From assembly GCA_963701855.1 (NCBI GenBank), contig CAVPBK010000006.1:1344001-1408000 (forward strand): a stretch of DNA of 64,000 bases, given 5' to 3'. The notes under the pieces were generated by a model. That model did not search any database and was not told the origin of the DNA. It worked only from the letters and a program-made list of their open reading frames with translations. Positions 50,976 through 60,665 of the stretch are shown piece by piece. The position numbers and the translations under genes were made by a program. The stretch is from Nitrospirota bacterium. Its GTDB lineage: Bacteria; Nitrospirota; Nitrospiria; Nitrospirales; Nitrospiraceae. The first letter of the stretch is position 1. Each line of letters starts with the position of its first letter.

Positions 50976-52628
50976 ATGGCTCAAAAATCTTCACAGTCGC
51001 GATCCTCGCAAGGCAAGTCGGTTGGCTCTGCGTCGTCCGGCGCACTTCCGTCTGCCGCCCGTCCGGCAACGCTGGAGATTTATGACACGACCTTACGGGA
51101 CGGGGCTCAGGCTGAGGATGTCACCTTTTCGGCCGAAGACAAGGTTCGGGTCGCCCAACAGCTGGATGGGCTGGGCGTACAGTTCATTGAAGGTGGGTGG
51201 CCCGGAGCGAATCCCAAAGACATCGAGTTCTTTCGGATGATCAAAACCGTTCCGTTGCAGACGGCGACGGTGGTAGCGTTCGGGTCGACCAGAAAATCGA
51301 GCAACGCGGTGCAGAAGGATCCGAATATCCGGGCGTTGCTGGACGCAGAGACCAAGATCATTACGCTCTTCGGGAAAACCTGGTCACTGCACGTCACCGA
51401 TGCGCTCGGAATTTCCCTGGTGAAGAATCTAGAACTCATCAGCGATTCCGTGGCCCATCTCCGCTCGAAAAGCCGAAGGGTGTTCTACGATGCGGAGCAT
51501 TTCTTCGATGGATACAAGACCAATCCAGACTACGCGCTGGAGACCATTCGTCACGCTGTCGCGGCCGGGGCCGAGCGGGTGATTCTCTGCGACACCAACG
51601 GCGGATCGATGCCCTGGGAGATCAAAGAGATCTGCGAGGTCGTTCGGCGGGAGTGCGCGGTGCCCTTGGGGATTCACGCCCATAACGATTGCGAAATGGC
51701 TGTCGCGAATTCGCTGGTGGCGATCGAAACCGGCGTGGTACAGGTGCAGGGGACGATTAACGGGATCGGTGAACGGTGCGGCAATGCCAATCTTTGCTCG
51801 ATTATTCCCAATCTTGAACTGAAGATGAAACGTCCGGCGTTGAAAGACCGTTTGAGCCATCTCAAACGGGTTTCTGGATTTGTGACCGAGATCGCGAACC
51901 TCATGCCCAATAAGCACCAGCCTTATGTGGGAGATTCGGCGTTTGCCCACAAGGGCGGAGTCCATATTCATGCGGTGCTCAAGAATCCCGCGACCTATGA
52001 ACATGTGATTCCTGAGCTGGTCGGCAACCGCCAGCGTGTGCTGGTATCGGATGCTGCAGGTCGGAGTGGGTTGCTGGAGAAGGTCGAGGCCTACGGGATC
52101 AAACTGGACAAGGGGCATGTCAAGTTGCAGGAGTTGATCGGCATGTTGAAGGAGCGTGAAAGTCAAGGATACCAATTTGAGGCGGCGGAGGGCTCCTTCG
52201 AATTGCTCATGCGGAAGGCGATGGGGACGCATAGGCCGGCGTTCCAACTCCTGGGGTTTCGGGTGATTGTCGAGAAAAAACAAGACCATGGCACTTCGTC
52301 GTCAGAAGCTACAGTGATGGTGAAGGTCGGTGAAGTGGTGGAGCATGCGGCAGCAGTCGGAGCCGGCCCGGTCAATGCGCTTGACCATGCGCTGCGAAAA
52401 GCGTTGGAAAATTTCTATCCCCAACTCCGAGAAGTCAAACTGCTCGACTACAAAGTGCGAGTGCTGTCGGCCAATCATGGGACGGAGTCCAAGGTCCGAG
52501 TATTGATTGAATCAGGCGATCATAAGGATAAATGGGGTACCGTCGGTGTGTCTGAGAACATCATGGAAGCAAGCTGGCAAGCGCTTGCGGACAGCATTGA
52601 ATACAAGTTACTTGCCAGAGATGAATGA
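50976..52628 (+). CDS. cimA: Citramalate synthase
   Basis: YDTTLRDG.Q, GGWPG.NPKD, DAEHFFDG, H.HND, AFAHKGG. Confidence 0.9.
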   Translation: MAQKSSQSRSSQGKSVGSASSGALPSAARPATLEIYDTTLRDGAQAEDVTFSAEDKVRVAQQLDGLGVQFIEGGWPGANPKDIEFFRMIKTVPLQTATVVAFGSTRKSSNAVQKDPNIRALLDAETKIITLFGKTWSLHVTDALGISLVKNLELISDSVAHLRSKSRRVFYDAEHFFDGYKTNPDYALETIRHAVAAGAERVILCDTNGGSMPWEIKEICEVVRRECAVPLGIHAHNDCEMAVANSLVAIETGVVQVQGTINGIGERCGNANLCSIIPNLELKMKRPALKDRLSHLKRVSGFVTEIANLMPNKHQPYVGDSAFAHKGGVHIHAVLKNPATYEHVIPELVGNRQRVLVSDAAGRSGLLEKVEAYGIKLDKGHVKLQELIGMLKERESQGYQFEAAEGSFELLMRKAMGTHRPAFQLLGFRVIVEKKQDHGTSSSEATVMVKVGEVVEHAAAVGAGPVNALDHALRKALENFYPQLREVKLLDYKVRVLSANHGTESKVRVLIESGDHKDKWGTVGVSENIMEASWQALADSIEYKLLARDE

Positions 52629-52658
52629 GTGAGAAGTCTGATCCGACATTTTTTCCTC

Positions 52659-52687
52659 TTGACAGGCCTTATAACCTCACGTAACTT
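52659..52687 (+). promoter_or_regulatory. sigma70 promoter for ihfA
   Basis: TTGACA-17 nt-TAACTT. Confidence 0.6.
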
Positions 52688-52768
52688 ATAGCGAAACTGC
52701 TAATCGTGCGCGGTGAAGTTTACGGGTGATCATTCGATGATGTTTGCGCAGGTGTCGGAGGGGAAAGC

Positions 52769-53044
52769 ATGAGGAAGGCAGATATCGCGAACGAAATCTA
52801 CAAGCAGGTCGGTATTTCGAAAAATGAAGCCGCTGATATCGTCGAACTCGTGCTGAATATGTTGAAAGATGTGTTGCGCAAGGGAGAGTCGGTCAAGATT
52901 GCCGGATTCGGAAACTTTGTGGTACGAAGCAAAGGGGCGCGGAAGGGCCGGAACCCTCGAACCGGCGAAGAAATAGGCATCACGCCTCGCCGCGTGGTGA
53001 CGTTTCGTCCCAGTCAAGTGTTTAAGAAATACGTCAATTCATAG
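52769..53044 (+). CDS. ihfA: Integration host factor subunit alpha
   Basis: GFGNF..R.K..R.GRNPRTGE...RRVVTFRPS; followed by merR and tRNA-Pro. Confidence 0.9.
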   Translation: MRKADIANEIYKQVGISKNEAADIVELVLNMLKDVLRKGESVKIAGFGNFVVRSKGARKGRNPRTGEEIGITPRRVVTFRPSQVFKKYVNS

Positions 53045-53087
53045 CCTCGTTCAATCACCTTAACTCATCCCACCACGAGGACCGGTC

Positions 53088-53438
53088 ATGGGGAAAGAGC
53101 CCAGGCTGGGCAGCAAGATCTTTTATAAGATCGGCGAAGTTAGCCAGATTGCCGAGCTACCGGCTTACGTGTTGCGATTCTGGGAATCAGAGTTCCCGTT
53201 TCTCAAGCCCAAGAAAAGTCGTGGGAACCAGCGGCTTTATGTCAAGCGAGAAGTCGAGACTGTGCTGGAGATCAAGCGGATGCTCTATGAAGAGGGACAT
53301 ACGCTCGCAGGTGTCAAACGATATTGGGCCAGGCGAGGCCGTGTGGCAAGCCAACGGGTACGCCCCAAAGAACTTGCGCAGAAGCTTCGAGGGAATCTCC
53401 AGGCGATTCTCAAAATTATGGAGTCGCATTCCAACTAA
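53088..53438 (+). CDS. MerR family regulator
   Basis: YKIGEVS...YVLRFWESEF...GNQRLY. Confidence 0.92.
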   Translation: MGKEPRLGSKIFYKIGEVSQIAELPAYVLRFWESEFPFLKPKKSRGNQRLYVKREVETVLEIKRMLYEEGHTLAGVKRYWARRGRVASQRVRPKELAQKLRGNLQAILKIMESHSN

Positions 53439-53529
53439 CGATAGCTCTGCCTTGTCGATTCCGAGCCGGTTGCATTCCAGCTCCCTCCAGAGGACAATGC
53501 GGGAGAGGGTGAAATTGAATAGAATATGT

Positions 53530-53606
53530 CGGGGCGTGGCGCAGCCCGGTAGCGTACTCGCTTGGGGTGCGAGTGGTCGGCCGTTCAAATCGGCTCGCCC
53601 CGACCA
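53530..53606 (+). tRNA. tRNA-Pro (GGG)
   Basis: CGGGGCG/CGCCCCG acceptor stem, CTCGC-TTGGGGT-GCGAG anticodon arm, TTCAAAT T-loop, encoded CCA. Confidence 0.96.
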
Positions 53607-53682
53607 ATACATAGAGTGTTGAGGACTGGGACGAATAGGATAGTCGGGTACCTGGTTCTCAGCACTCAGTACTGAAACAGAG

Positions 53683-53705
53683 AGCTGCCGCCGGCAGCTT
53701 TTTTT
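53683..53705 (+). terminator. Rho-independent terminator after tRNA-Pro
   Basis: AGCTGCC-GCC-GGCAGCT followed by a T-tract; preceded by another long hairpin at about 53614-53667. Confidence 0.75.
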
Positions 53706-53720
53706 GTTCCTGACGGCCCC

Positions 53721-54524
53721 ATGCGTATTTTGGTCACGAATGATGATGGGATTCACTCGCCTGGGTTGACGGCGCTCGCCAAGGCTTTGTCGAGAGTGGG
53801 AGAAGTGTGGGTGGTCGCGCCGGATCGTGAGCGGACCGCGGTGGCGCATGCCGTGACGCTTCATAAACCGCTGCGAGTGCATCAGGTCGGAACACAGGTC
53901 TACGCGGTTAACGGAACGCCGGTCGATTGTGTGAATCTTGCCGTGCTGAAGCTTCTGCCTGCGCCGCCTGATCTCCTCGTGTCAGGAATCAATAAAGGCG
54001 TGAACCTCGGCGACGACGTGTTGTATTCCGGAACGGTCTCGGCAGCGATGGAAGGGACGATCCTCGGTGTCCCCTCTATGGCTGTGTCGCAAGAGGGGCA
54101 GAAGCATTTTTATTTTGACGCAGGGGCTCGGTATGCCGTTCGAATTGCTCGCTTGATTCTGAAAGAAGGTTTGCCGGACGAAACGCTCGTGAATTTGAAT
54201 ATTCCGAACCGGCCGTTCGGGTCTATCACCGGAGTTCGAGTCACCTGTCTCAGCCGCAGGCGTTTCGACAATCCAATCATTGAAAAGGTCGATCCGCATG
54301 GCCGGACCTACTATTGGATTGCCGGGACTCGTATCTCGTGGAGCCGAAGCAAGGATGCCGACCATGAAGCGCTTGAGGAAGGGGCGGTTTCGCTGACCCC
54401 CATTCATCTCGATACGACGAATCATGGGGCATTAGATCGTTTCCGGAAATGGGAAACGGTACGTCGACCCATCGCACGTCGGGCGGCTGGGTCGTCGAAA
54501 CCAAAGGGCAAACAGCGGAGTTAG
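53721..54524 (+). CDS. surE: 5'/3'-nucleotidase SurE
   Basis: ILVTNDDG, GTPVDCV, SGIN.G.NLG, YSGTV. Confidence 0.96.
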   Translation: MRILVTNDDGIHSPGLTALAKALSRVGEVWVVAPDRERTAVAHAVTLHKPLRVHQVGTQVYAVNGTPVDCVNLAVLKLLPAPPDLLVSGINKGVNLGDDVLYSGTVSAAMEGTILGVPSMAVSQEGQKHFYFDAGARYAVRIARLILKEGLPDETLVNLNIPNRPFGSITGVRVTCLSRRRFDNPIIEKVDPHGRTYYWIAGTRISWSRSKDADHEALEEGAVSLTPIHLDTTNHGALDRFRKWETVRRPIARRAAGSSKPKGKQRS

Positions 54525-54530
54525 CGTGCT

Positions 54531-55169
54531 GTGGGAAATCTGATCGAAGCAATTATCACAGAGCTTAGCCGGTTTGTTGTGTCGACGATCTCGACATTCG
54601 GCTACACCGGTATTTTTATCACCATGGCCATTGAGAGCGCCTGCATTCCCCTACCCAGCGAAATCATCATGCCCTTTTCCGGGTATCTTGTGACGACGGG
54701 ACAGTTCACGATGCTGGGCGTGACATTGGCCGGCGCTCTCGGGAACGTCGCTGGGTCGGTTGTAGCCTACTACGCCGGCGTGTGGGGAGGCCGGCCTTTC
54801 GTCGAGCGATACGGACCCTATGTGCTGGTGTCGAGAAAAGACATCGAGATGGCGGATCGATGGTTCGCGAAATATGGCGATGCAGCGGTATTTTTCAGCC
54901 GGATGCTTCCGGTTGTCCGGACCTTCATCTCGTTGCCGGCCGGCATCGCCAGAGTGAATATTTATCGGTTTATGCTCTACACGTTTCTCGGGGCATTGCC
55001 ATGGTGCTATCTTCTGGCCTACATCGGCGTGAAAATGGGAGAGCAGTGGGAGCATCTGAGAGACTATTTCCATCAGTTCGATATCGTGATCGGCATCTGC
55101 CTAGCGCTTGCCGTGGGGTATTTTCTCTGGTCCCATTGGCCGAAGCGCCGCATTTCTCCGGAGTTGTAA
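54531..55169 (+). CDS. DedA family membrane protein
   Basis: ESACIPLPSEI, R.LPVVRTFISLPAG. Confidence 0.93.
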   Translation: MGNLIEAIITELSRFVVSTISTFGYTGIFITMAIESACIPLPSEIIMPFSGYLVTTGQFTMLGVTLAGALGNVAGSVVAYYAGVWGGRPFVERYGPYVLVSRKDIEMADRWFAKYGDAAVFFSRMLPVVRTFISLPAGIARVNIYRFMLYTFLGALPWCYLLAYIGVKMGEQWEHLRDYFHQFDIVIGICLALAVGYFLWSHWPKRRISPEL

Positions 55170-55176
55170 CTCACCC

Positions 55177-56610
55177 ATGCTCTCGATCTACAACACGCTC
55201 ACAGGGAAAAAGGAGCCATTCCACCCGCTCCAGCCAAAGACCGTTCGGATGTATGTCTGCGGTGTGACCGTCTACGACTACTGCCATATCGGTCATGCGC
55301 GTAGTGCGCTTGTGTTCGATGTGATCCGACGCTATCTGGAATTCAGCGACTATAAGGTTGAATTTGTGAAGAACTTCACCGACGTGGATGACAAGATCAT
55401 CAAGCGGGCGAATGAGCAGGGCGTCAGCTGTGACACGATCACCGCGAAGTATATCCAAGCCTACTTCGAAGATATGGGGAGACTGGGCATTCGCCAAGCT
55501 TCCATTGAGCCCAAGGCCACAGAACACATGACCGACATCATTCGTTTGACCGAGACCTTGGTGAAGAAGGGATTGGCCTATCAAGTCGATGGAGACGTGT
55601 ATTTTGAAGTGGCCAAGTATTCTGCCTATGGCCGTCTCGCAAAGCGGCGATTGGACGACATGCAGGCCGGCGCACGCGTGGATGTGGATGAACGAAAACG
55701 CCATCCAATGGATTTCGCACTCTGGAAGAGCAGCAAGCCTGGCGAGCCGTCATGGGAGAGCCCCTGGGGTCCTGGCCGTCCGGGCTGGCACATCGAATGT
55801 TCCGCCATGGCGATGCGCCATTTGGGTGAGACCTTCGATATTCACGGCGGAGGGATGGACCTGATTTTCCCGCACCATGAAAATGAAATCGCGCAGTCAT
55901 GTGGGGCGACCGGCAAAGAGTTTGCGCGCTACTGGGTCCACAACGGCTTTGTGCAGATCAACCAGGAGAAGATGTCCAAGTCCCTGGGGAACTTCTTCAC
56001 AATTCGCGAGATCTTTGAGAAATCAAAATGGGCTGAAGCGGAAACCGGAGAGACGTTGCGGTATTTCCTGCTCGGGACCCATTACCGTGGTCCATTGGAA
56101 TTTTCCGATCGGAGCCTGCAAGAGGCCAAGAACGCAGTGGATGGATTCTATGACTTGTTCATGCGACTGCGTGAGCCCAATACGAATTCCACGGCGGATA
56201 AGGAACTGGCAGGGATGATCGAGCAATGCCGGTCGGCATTTCGGGATGCGATGGAGGAAGATTTTAATACGCCCGTGGCAATCGCAGAGTTGCAAAGACT
56301 GAGAACTGATGTGAACAAGCTGCTGGTACAAGGTCTTTCGACTGAGGCGCGACTGAGTGCCAGGGAGGAATTTCGGTCTCTAGGAAACGTGCTGGGCTTG
56401 TTTAGCTTGGACAAATGGCACTACACCCTCAAGGCTGAGACAGGTAGCTATCAACTTTCAGATGTGGATATAGACCGTAAGGTTGCGGAACGCAATGAAG
56501 CCAGAAAACAGAAAGACTTCACGAAGGCCGACGAGATTCGTCAGTCCCTCGCGGCCCACGGCATCGTCATCGAGGACAAGCCCGATGGCACCAGCCGGTG
56601 GAAGCGATAG
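55177..56610 (+). CDS. cysS: Cysteine--tRNA ligase
   Basis: YVCG.TVYD..HIGH, GRPGWHIECS, KMSKS. Confidence 0.98.
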   Translation: MLSIYNTLTGKKEPFHPLQPKTVRMYVCGVTVYDYCHIGHARSALVFDVIRRYLEFSDYKVEFVKNFTDVDDKIIKRANEQGVSCDTITAKYIQAYFEDMGRLGIRQASIEPKATEHMTDIIRLTETLVKKGLAYQVDGDVYFEVAKYSAYGRLAKRRLDDMQAGARVDVDERKRHPMDFALWKSSKPGEPSWESPWGPGRPGWHIECSAMAMRHLGETFDIHGGGMDLIFPHHENEIAQSCGATGKEFARYWVHNGFVQINQEKMSKSLGNFFTIREIFEKSKWAEAETGETLRYFLLGTHYRGPLEFSDRSLQEAKNAVDGFYDLFMRLREPNTNSTADKELAGMIEQCRSAFRDAMEEDFNTPVAIAELQRLRTDVNKLLVQGLSTEARLSAREEFRSLGNVLGLFSLDKWHYTLKAETGSYQLSDVDIDRKVAERNEARKQKDFTKADEIRQSLAAHGIVIEDKPDGTSRWKR

Positions 56611-57370
56611 TCCCCCGGAGCTGATTTACGGGCTGCATGCTGTGCGCGAAGCCTTGCGAGCCAGTACGCGTCCGCTTCAGCGGCTGCTCATGCTGCGAAC
56701 CGATCGACAATTTGCTGATCTCGTCCAGCTGGCGAAGGCGCAGCGAGTCCCAGTTCACATCGAGCCTCCGTTTGCCTTCAATCGCTTGGTGCCGGGAGGA
56801 CATCACCAGGGCGTGATCGCGCTCATCGCCTCGAAATCCTACGATACGACGGAGCAGATTTTCGAGCGGGCGAAGACCAGAGGTGAGAAGCCGTTTCTCG
56901 TACTCCTTGATGGGGTCGAAGATCCGCACAACTTGGGAGCGGTCTTGCGGACGGCCGAAGCGGCGGGTGTCCATGGGGTATTTATCCCGGAACGCCGCGC
57001 AGTCGGCCTGACATCGGTGGTGGCGAAAGTCTCAGCCGGAGCGCTCGATCATATCTCCGTCGGGCGCGTGGGCAATCTGATTCGTCTGATTCAGGATCTC
57101 AAAGAGGCAGGCCTGTGGATCTACGGCGTGGACCCACAGGCGGCGAAACTCTATACCGACATCGATATGACTGGTCCGATTGCGCTGGTGCTTGGAGGAG
57201 AAGGGGAAGGCCTTCGCCCTGGTGTGTTGAAGGAGTGCGACGACCGCATCAGGATTCCAATGCAGGGCCGTATACAGTCGCTGAATGTCTCAGCTGCAGC
57301 AGCCGTTACGTTGTTCGAAGCGGTTCGCCAGCGTCGCAGGAATGTCGTGCCGCCGCCTAGCGAATCTTGA
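56585..57370 (+). CDS. rlmB: 23S rRNA Gm2251 methyltransferase RlmB
   Basis: DPHNLGA..RTA, G.EGEG, IPMQG...SLNVS. Confidence 0.93.
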   Translation: MAPAGGSDSPPELIYGLHAVREALRASTRPLQRLLMLRTDRQFADLVQLAKAQRVPVHIEPPFAFNRLVPGGHHQGVIALIASKSYDTTEQIFERAKTRGEKPFLVLLDGVEDPHNLGAVLRTAEAAGVHGVFIPERRAVGLTSVVAKVSAGALDHISVGRVGNLIRLIQDLKEAGLWIYGVDPQAAKLYTDIDMTGPIALVLGGEGEGLRPGVLKECDDRIRIPMQGRIQSLNVSAAAAVTLFEAVRQRRRNVVPPPSES

Positions 57371-57632
57371 TCGTCCCGTCTTGGATCGCGGTTTTGAGCA
57401 GCTGAGCCGTGTTCGACACGCGCATCTTTTTCATCATGTTGGCCCGATGCGCCTCGACGGTCTTGACGCTGATCTTGAGTCGTTGACCGATTTCCTTGTT
57501 TTTGAACCCGGCCCAAATCAGTTCGAGAATTTCTTTCTCCCGGCTGGTGAGCGATTCAGGGCGCTTCTTGCGGGGTGGCGGGGTCAGATCGGCCAGGGAA
57601 GGTTTATTTTTCGTCTTCGCAGTCCGTGCCAT
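57357..57632 (-). CDS. Stand-alone LuxR-type HTH regulator
   Basis: LTSREKEIL...G..NKEI...L.IS.KTVE.HR.N.M.K; AAGGAG RBS; no receiver domain. Confidence 0.88.
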   Translation of the reverse strand: MARTAKTKNKPSLADLTPPPRKKRPESLTSREKEILELIWAGFKNKEIGQRLKISVKTVEAHRANMMKKMRVSNTAQLLKTAIQDGTIKIR

Positions 57633-57850
57633 TATCATGTTCTCCTTTAACGAATAAAATAGTACGGTATAATTCACCGTGACGGAGATACGCCCAGAAC
57701 AAACCCTCGCCAAGAAGTCGGCGATTATAAGAACTTTCTTGCTATAAGTAAACTGTGAAAAATCGGCTCCAGTGAAGTTACCTAATTTATTTCATTTGGC
57801 ATGTAGAGCGACTCGGGTGTTCCGAGCCGCAGTCTGCTTCTGAGTCGATT

Positions 57851-58633
57851 ATGCATGAATGGTCTCTCTATCTTGTAGCCGGGATCCTAGGCGCGTTGAT
57901 CGGCAGTTTTCTCAACGTCTGCATCTTCAGACTGCCCCGAGGTGAATCGATCGTCTGGCCCGGCTCCCATTGTCCCTCGTGCACCCACGCTATCGAGTTC
58001 TACGACAATATTCCTCTGTTGAGCTATCTGTGGCTTGGTGGACGCTGCCGGGCATGCCGCACGCCAATTTCGATACGCTACCCCCTCGTCGAAGTCACCA
58101 ACGCCCTCGGTTATCTCACCATCTTATGGTACTTTGGCCCAACTTGGACGACTGCTCTCTATGCCCTGTTGTTTTCGGCGTTGGTTGTGGTGACGGGAAC
58201 AGATCTCACCCATAAGATGATCCCCAATGTCATTACACTCCCAGGAATGGTGGTCGGACTTCTGGGCGCAGTGACCGTGTTGCCGGTGGGTGTGATCAAT
58301 TCTGTGGTCGGTCTCACCGTGGGAGGCGGCATCCTCTGGTTCCTGGCTTGGCTGAGCCCCTATCTTTTCGGTAAAGAGGGAATGGGCGGTGGCGACATCA
58401 AGTTATTGGCGATGATCGGTGCGTTTCTTGGCTGGAAGCCGGCACTCCTCACCATCATGATCGGCTCGCTCACTGGTTCTATCATCGGCATCAGTTTGAT
58501 CGCCCTGCATATCACCAAGCGTGACGATTATATCCCCTTTGGCCCCTTCCTTGTGTTGGGAGCGCTCCTCTCCCTATTTTTCGCCCAACCGCTCCTCGAC
58601 TGGTATCAAGGATTTCTTGGCCCTACCTTCTAG
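57851..58633 (+). CDS. pilD: Prepilin peptidase/N-methyltransferase
   Basis: GSFLNVCI.RLP, two CxxC motifs, GMGGGDIKL, PFGPFL. Confidence 0.95.
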   Translation: MHEWSLYLVAGILGALIGSFLNVCIFRLPRGESIVWPGSHCPSCTHAIEFYDNIPLLSYLWLGGRCRACRTPISIRYPLVEVTNALGYLTILWYFGPTWTTALYALLFSALVVVTGTDLTHKMIPNVITLPGMVVGLLGAVTVLPVGVINSVVGLTVGGGILWFLAWLSPYLFGKEGMGGGDIKLLAMIGAFLGWKPALLTIMIGSLTGSIIGISLIALHITKRDDYIPFGPFLVLGALLSLFFAQPLLDWYQGFLGPTF

Positions 58634-58894
58634 CGTTCCCCTGTATCTCTTCGGGCAAATCCCTGTATCTAAATAGTGAGGTGCTTTTCTAGTTTTCCTC
58701 TGCTTTCTTGGCCAGTTCATAGGTCGGTCCTCTTCCATGTTTCCTCGTGACAACGCGAAACCGTGTGAACTTGCAAAGTATTCTGCTTCCGTTCCTCACC
58801 AATCATTCAGTTCTCTGGCCGTGGACCAGCGTGGGCACGGGTCTTGGAGACCGCGTTCATCATCGTGAGGTGAACTCTTCTGCGAGAGTGGAGC

Positions 58895-59344
58895 ATGCCG
58901 AGAGAATCACAACTACAGGAACAAGGCTGGAGCTTGACAGAACTTCTCGTCGTACTGGCGATCATGGGCATCATGGCGGCATTGGCCGTGCCGAGTTATC
59001 AGACATTGGCAGCAAGAGTGCAGGCGCGGAGCGCCACTGCAGAGATTGCTTCGGAGATCCGGTTCGCCAGACAACTGGCGATGGCCAGGCGAGAGCGCCT
59101 TCGGGTCATATTCGACCGAGAGGGCCGTACGATTACGCTTCGACGTGCAGATGCCGAGGGCATCCTGCACGTTTATCAGTATGGGGAAAAGGGGGTGCTC
59201 GTCGAGGAGCCAACCGCCGGCCCTGAACTGTTGTTTCATCCCAGTGGCCGGTCGGTGACCCCGACAACCATTCGCGTCCGCGACAGTCAGGGTGGAGAAA
59301 CCACGTTTACTGTAAACATCACCGGAAGAGTGTCCGTCTCATGA
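58895..59344 (+). CDS. GspH/FimT family minor pilin
   Basis: QG|WSLTELLVVLAI prepilin motif, AR..A, F.PSGR, TGRV. Confidence 0.85.
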   Translation: MPRESQLQEQGWSLTELLVVLAIMGIMAALAVPSYQTLAARVQARSATAEIASEIRFARQLAMARRERLRVIFDREGRTITLRRADAEGILHVYQYGEKGVLVEEPTAGPELLFHPSGRSVTPTTIRVRDSQGGETTFTVNITGRVSVS

Positions 59345-59832
59345 AGCGGGATCGATTATTTCATGCAGAGGGCGGAGCCAGTTTTTCCGAAGTGCTGGTG
59401 GCTATGACGCTGACAATGATCGGACTGGTCGGTGCTATGGGGGCGTTTCAGGCGGCAGAGCGAAGTTTTCGAACAGGAGCGTTGGCGACGCGTGCCCAGG
59501 CAATGGCGGAATCACGGATTGAAGCGAAGCGATCTGTGAGATGGGATCGTCTCTTGTTGGACGATCTGAATTACGATGGTGTCCCGGACCTTGTCATGCA
59601 TGACGATGGAGCAGGCGGCGATGTGCTGGCAGGTGATGGGGTGTACTCCGGTAGATTGGACCAGGATGGCGTCCAGTTGATCTGGACGGTGACGCCGAGC
59701 CGTTCCGGTTCGCTGTCGGCTTCAGGGCATGTCTTAATTGAAGCTCGTGCAGTCTATGCTGCCGGTGAGGGTCAGCGTGAAGTACGGATCGGCACACTAC
59801 GGGCCAATCCAGTATTCGTTGGGAGCCGGTAA
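59341..59832 (+). CDS. PilV-like minor pilin
   Basis: GG|ASFSEVLVAM prepilin motif; overlaps the upstream stop (ATGA). Confidence 0.75.
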   Translation: MKRDRLFHAEGGASFSEVLVAMTLTMIGLVGAMGAFQAAERSFRTGALATRAQAMAESRIEAKRSVRWDRLLLDDLNYDGVPDLVMHDDGAGGDVLAGDGVYSGRLDQDGVQLIWTVTPSRSGSLSASGHVLIEARAVYAAGEGQREVRIGTLRANPVFVGSR

Positions 59833-59857
59833 CGTGTCGTCACTCGGAGTAGACAGG

Positions 59858-60598
59858 ATGGGGACAGGACGGCATACAAGAGACACATACCATGGAATAG
59901 GGATGGAGGCAGGGACCAGTCTGACTGAGCTGATGTTTGCCATAGCGGTTGGGCTGGTCGTCTTGGGCGCCACGCTTCAGGCCTTGTCCTATTTCCAGCA
60001 ACAGTTTATGAGGCAACAACGTGAGGTTGCGCAACAACAAGATCTTCGCCTTGGATTAGAAGTTCTTGAGCAGGAATTGAGGCTCGCAGGGTCCGGCTCT
60101 CTCACCACGATGGCTTCAGACTCAGTGGAGTTTTCGGCGAATCTGCACGGCCTCTCGACAACGGTCACGGCAGCGGCGGCGATCGGCCAAACGGCTCTGT
60201 TGGTCGAAGATGGGCGAGGGTGGGAGGACCGGAAGACTATTGTGGTCTGTTGGGCCGAGCGATGCGAGACGCTGGCTCTGGCTCGTGATGGACAGCGACG
60301 GCTGCTTACGGTGACGCAGCCGCTGACAGGAGCGATCCCATCAGGAGCTTCTGTCTCCCTCATGAATCATGTCCGTTACTATAGCGGTCGCGATGATCAG
60401 GGTGTTCTGAGGTTACTGCGGAAGGTTGATGGCGGAGCAAGTGTCTTGGTCGGAGATATCAGAGAAGCACGGTTCTCCTACTGGGATGAAAACGGGCAGG
60501 CCGTGACACAGTCGGCGCTCGTCAAACGGGTCGTCGTTGAAGTGATGATACTCGACCGAGGGATTCGTGCGGTTCGAGAAATTAGCTTCCGGACATAG
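59858..60598 (+). CDS. PilW-like minor pilin
   Basis: AG|TSLTELMFAI; QDLR..L..L.QELR.AG. Confidence 0.78.
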   Translation: MGTGRHTRDTYHGIGMEAGTSLTELMFAIAVGLVVLGATLQALSYFQQQFMRQQREVAQQQDLRLGLEVLEQELRLAGSGSLTTMASDSVEFSANLHGLSTTVTAAAAIGQTALLVEDGRGWEDRKTIVVCWAERCETLALARDGQRRLLTVTQPLTGAIPSGASVSLMNHVRYYSGRDDQGVLRLLRKVDGGASVLVGDIREARFSYWDENGQAVTQSALVKRVVVEVMILDRGIRAVREISFRT

Positions 60599-60665
60599 CG
60601 GCGGCGCCACCAATAAACATGGGAGTGAGGATATGGAGATGGGGAAGCGGCGCGCATCAGAACTC

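Noticed and set aside
53530..53720. tRNA-Pro as an island integration site
   Set aside because: It is followed by a terminator and surE; I saw no integrase or duplicated tRNA 3' end.
58833..58848. sigma54 promoter upstream of the FimT-like gene (GGGCACG-N4-TTGG)
   Set aside because: The -12 element reads GG instead of the near-invariant GC, which is too weak to call.
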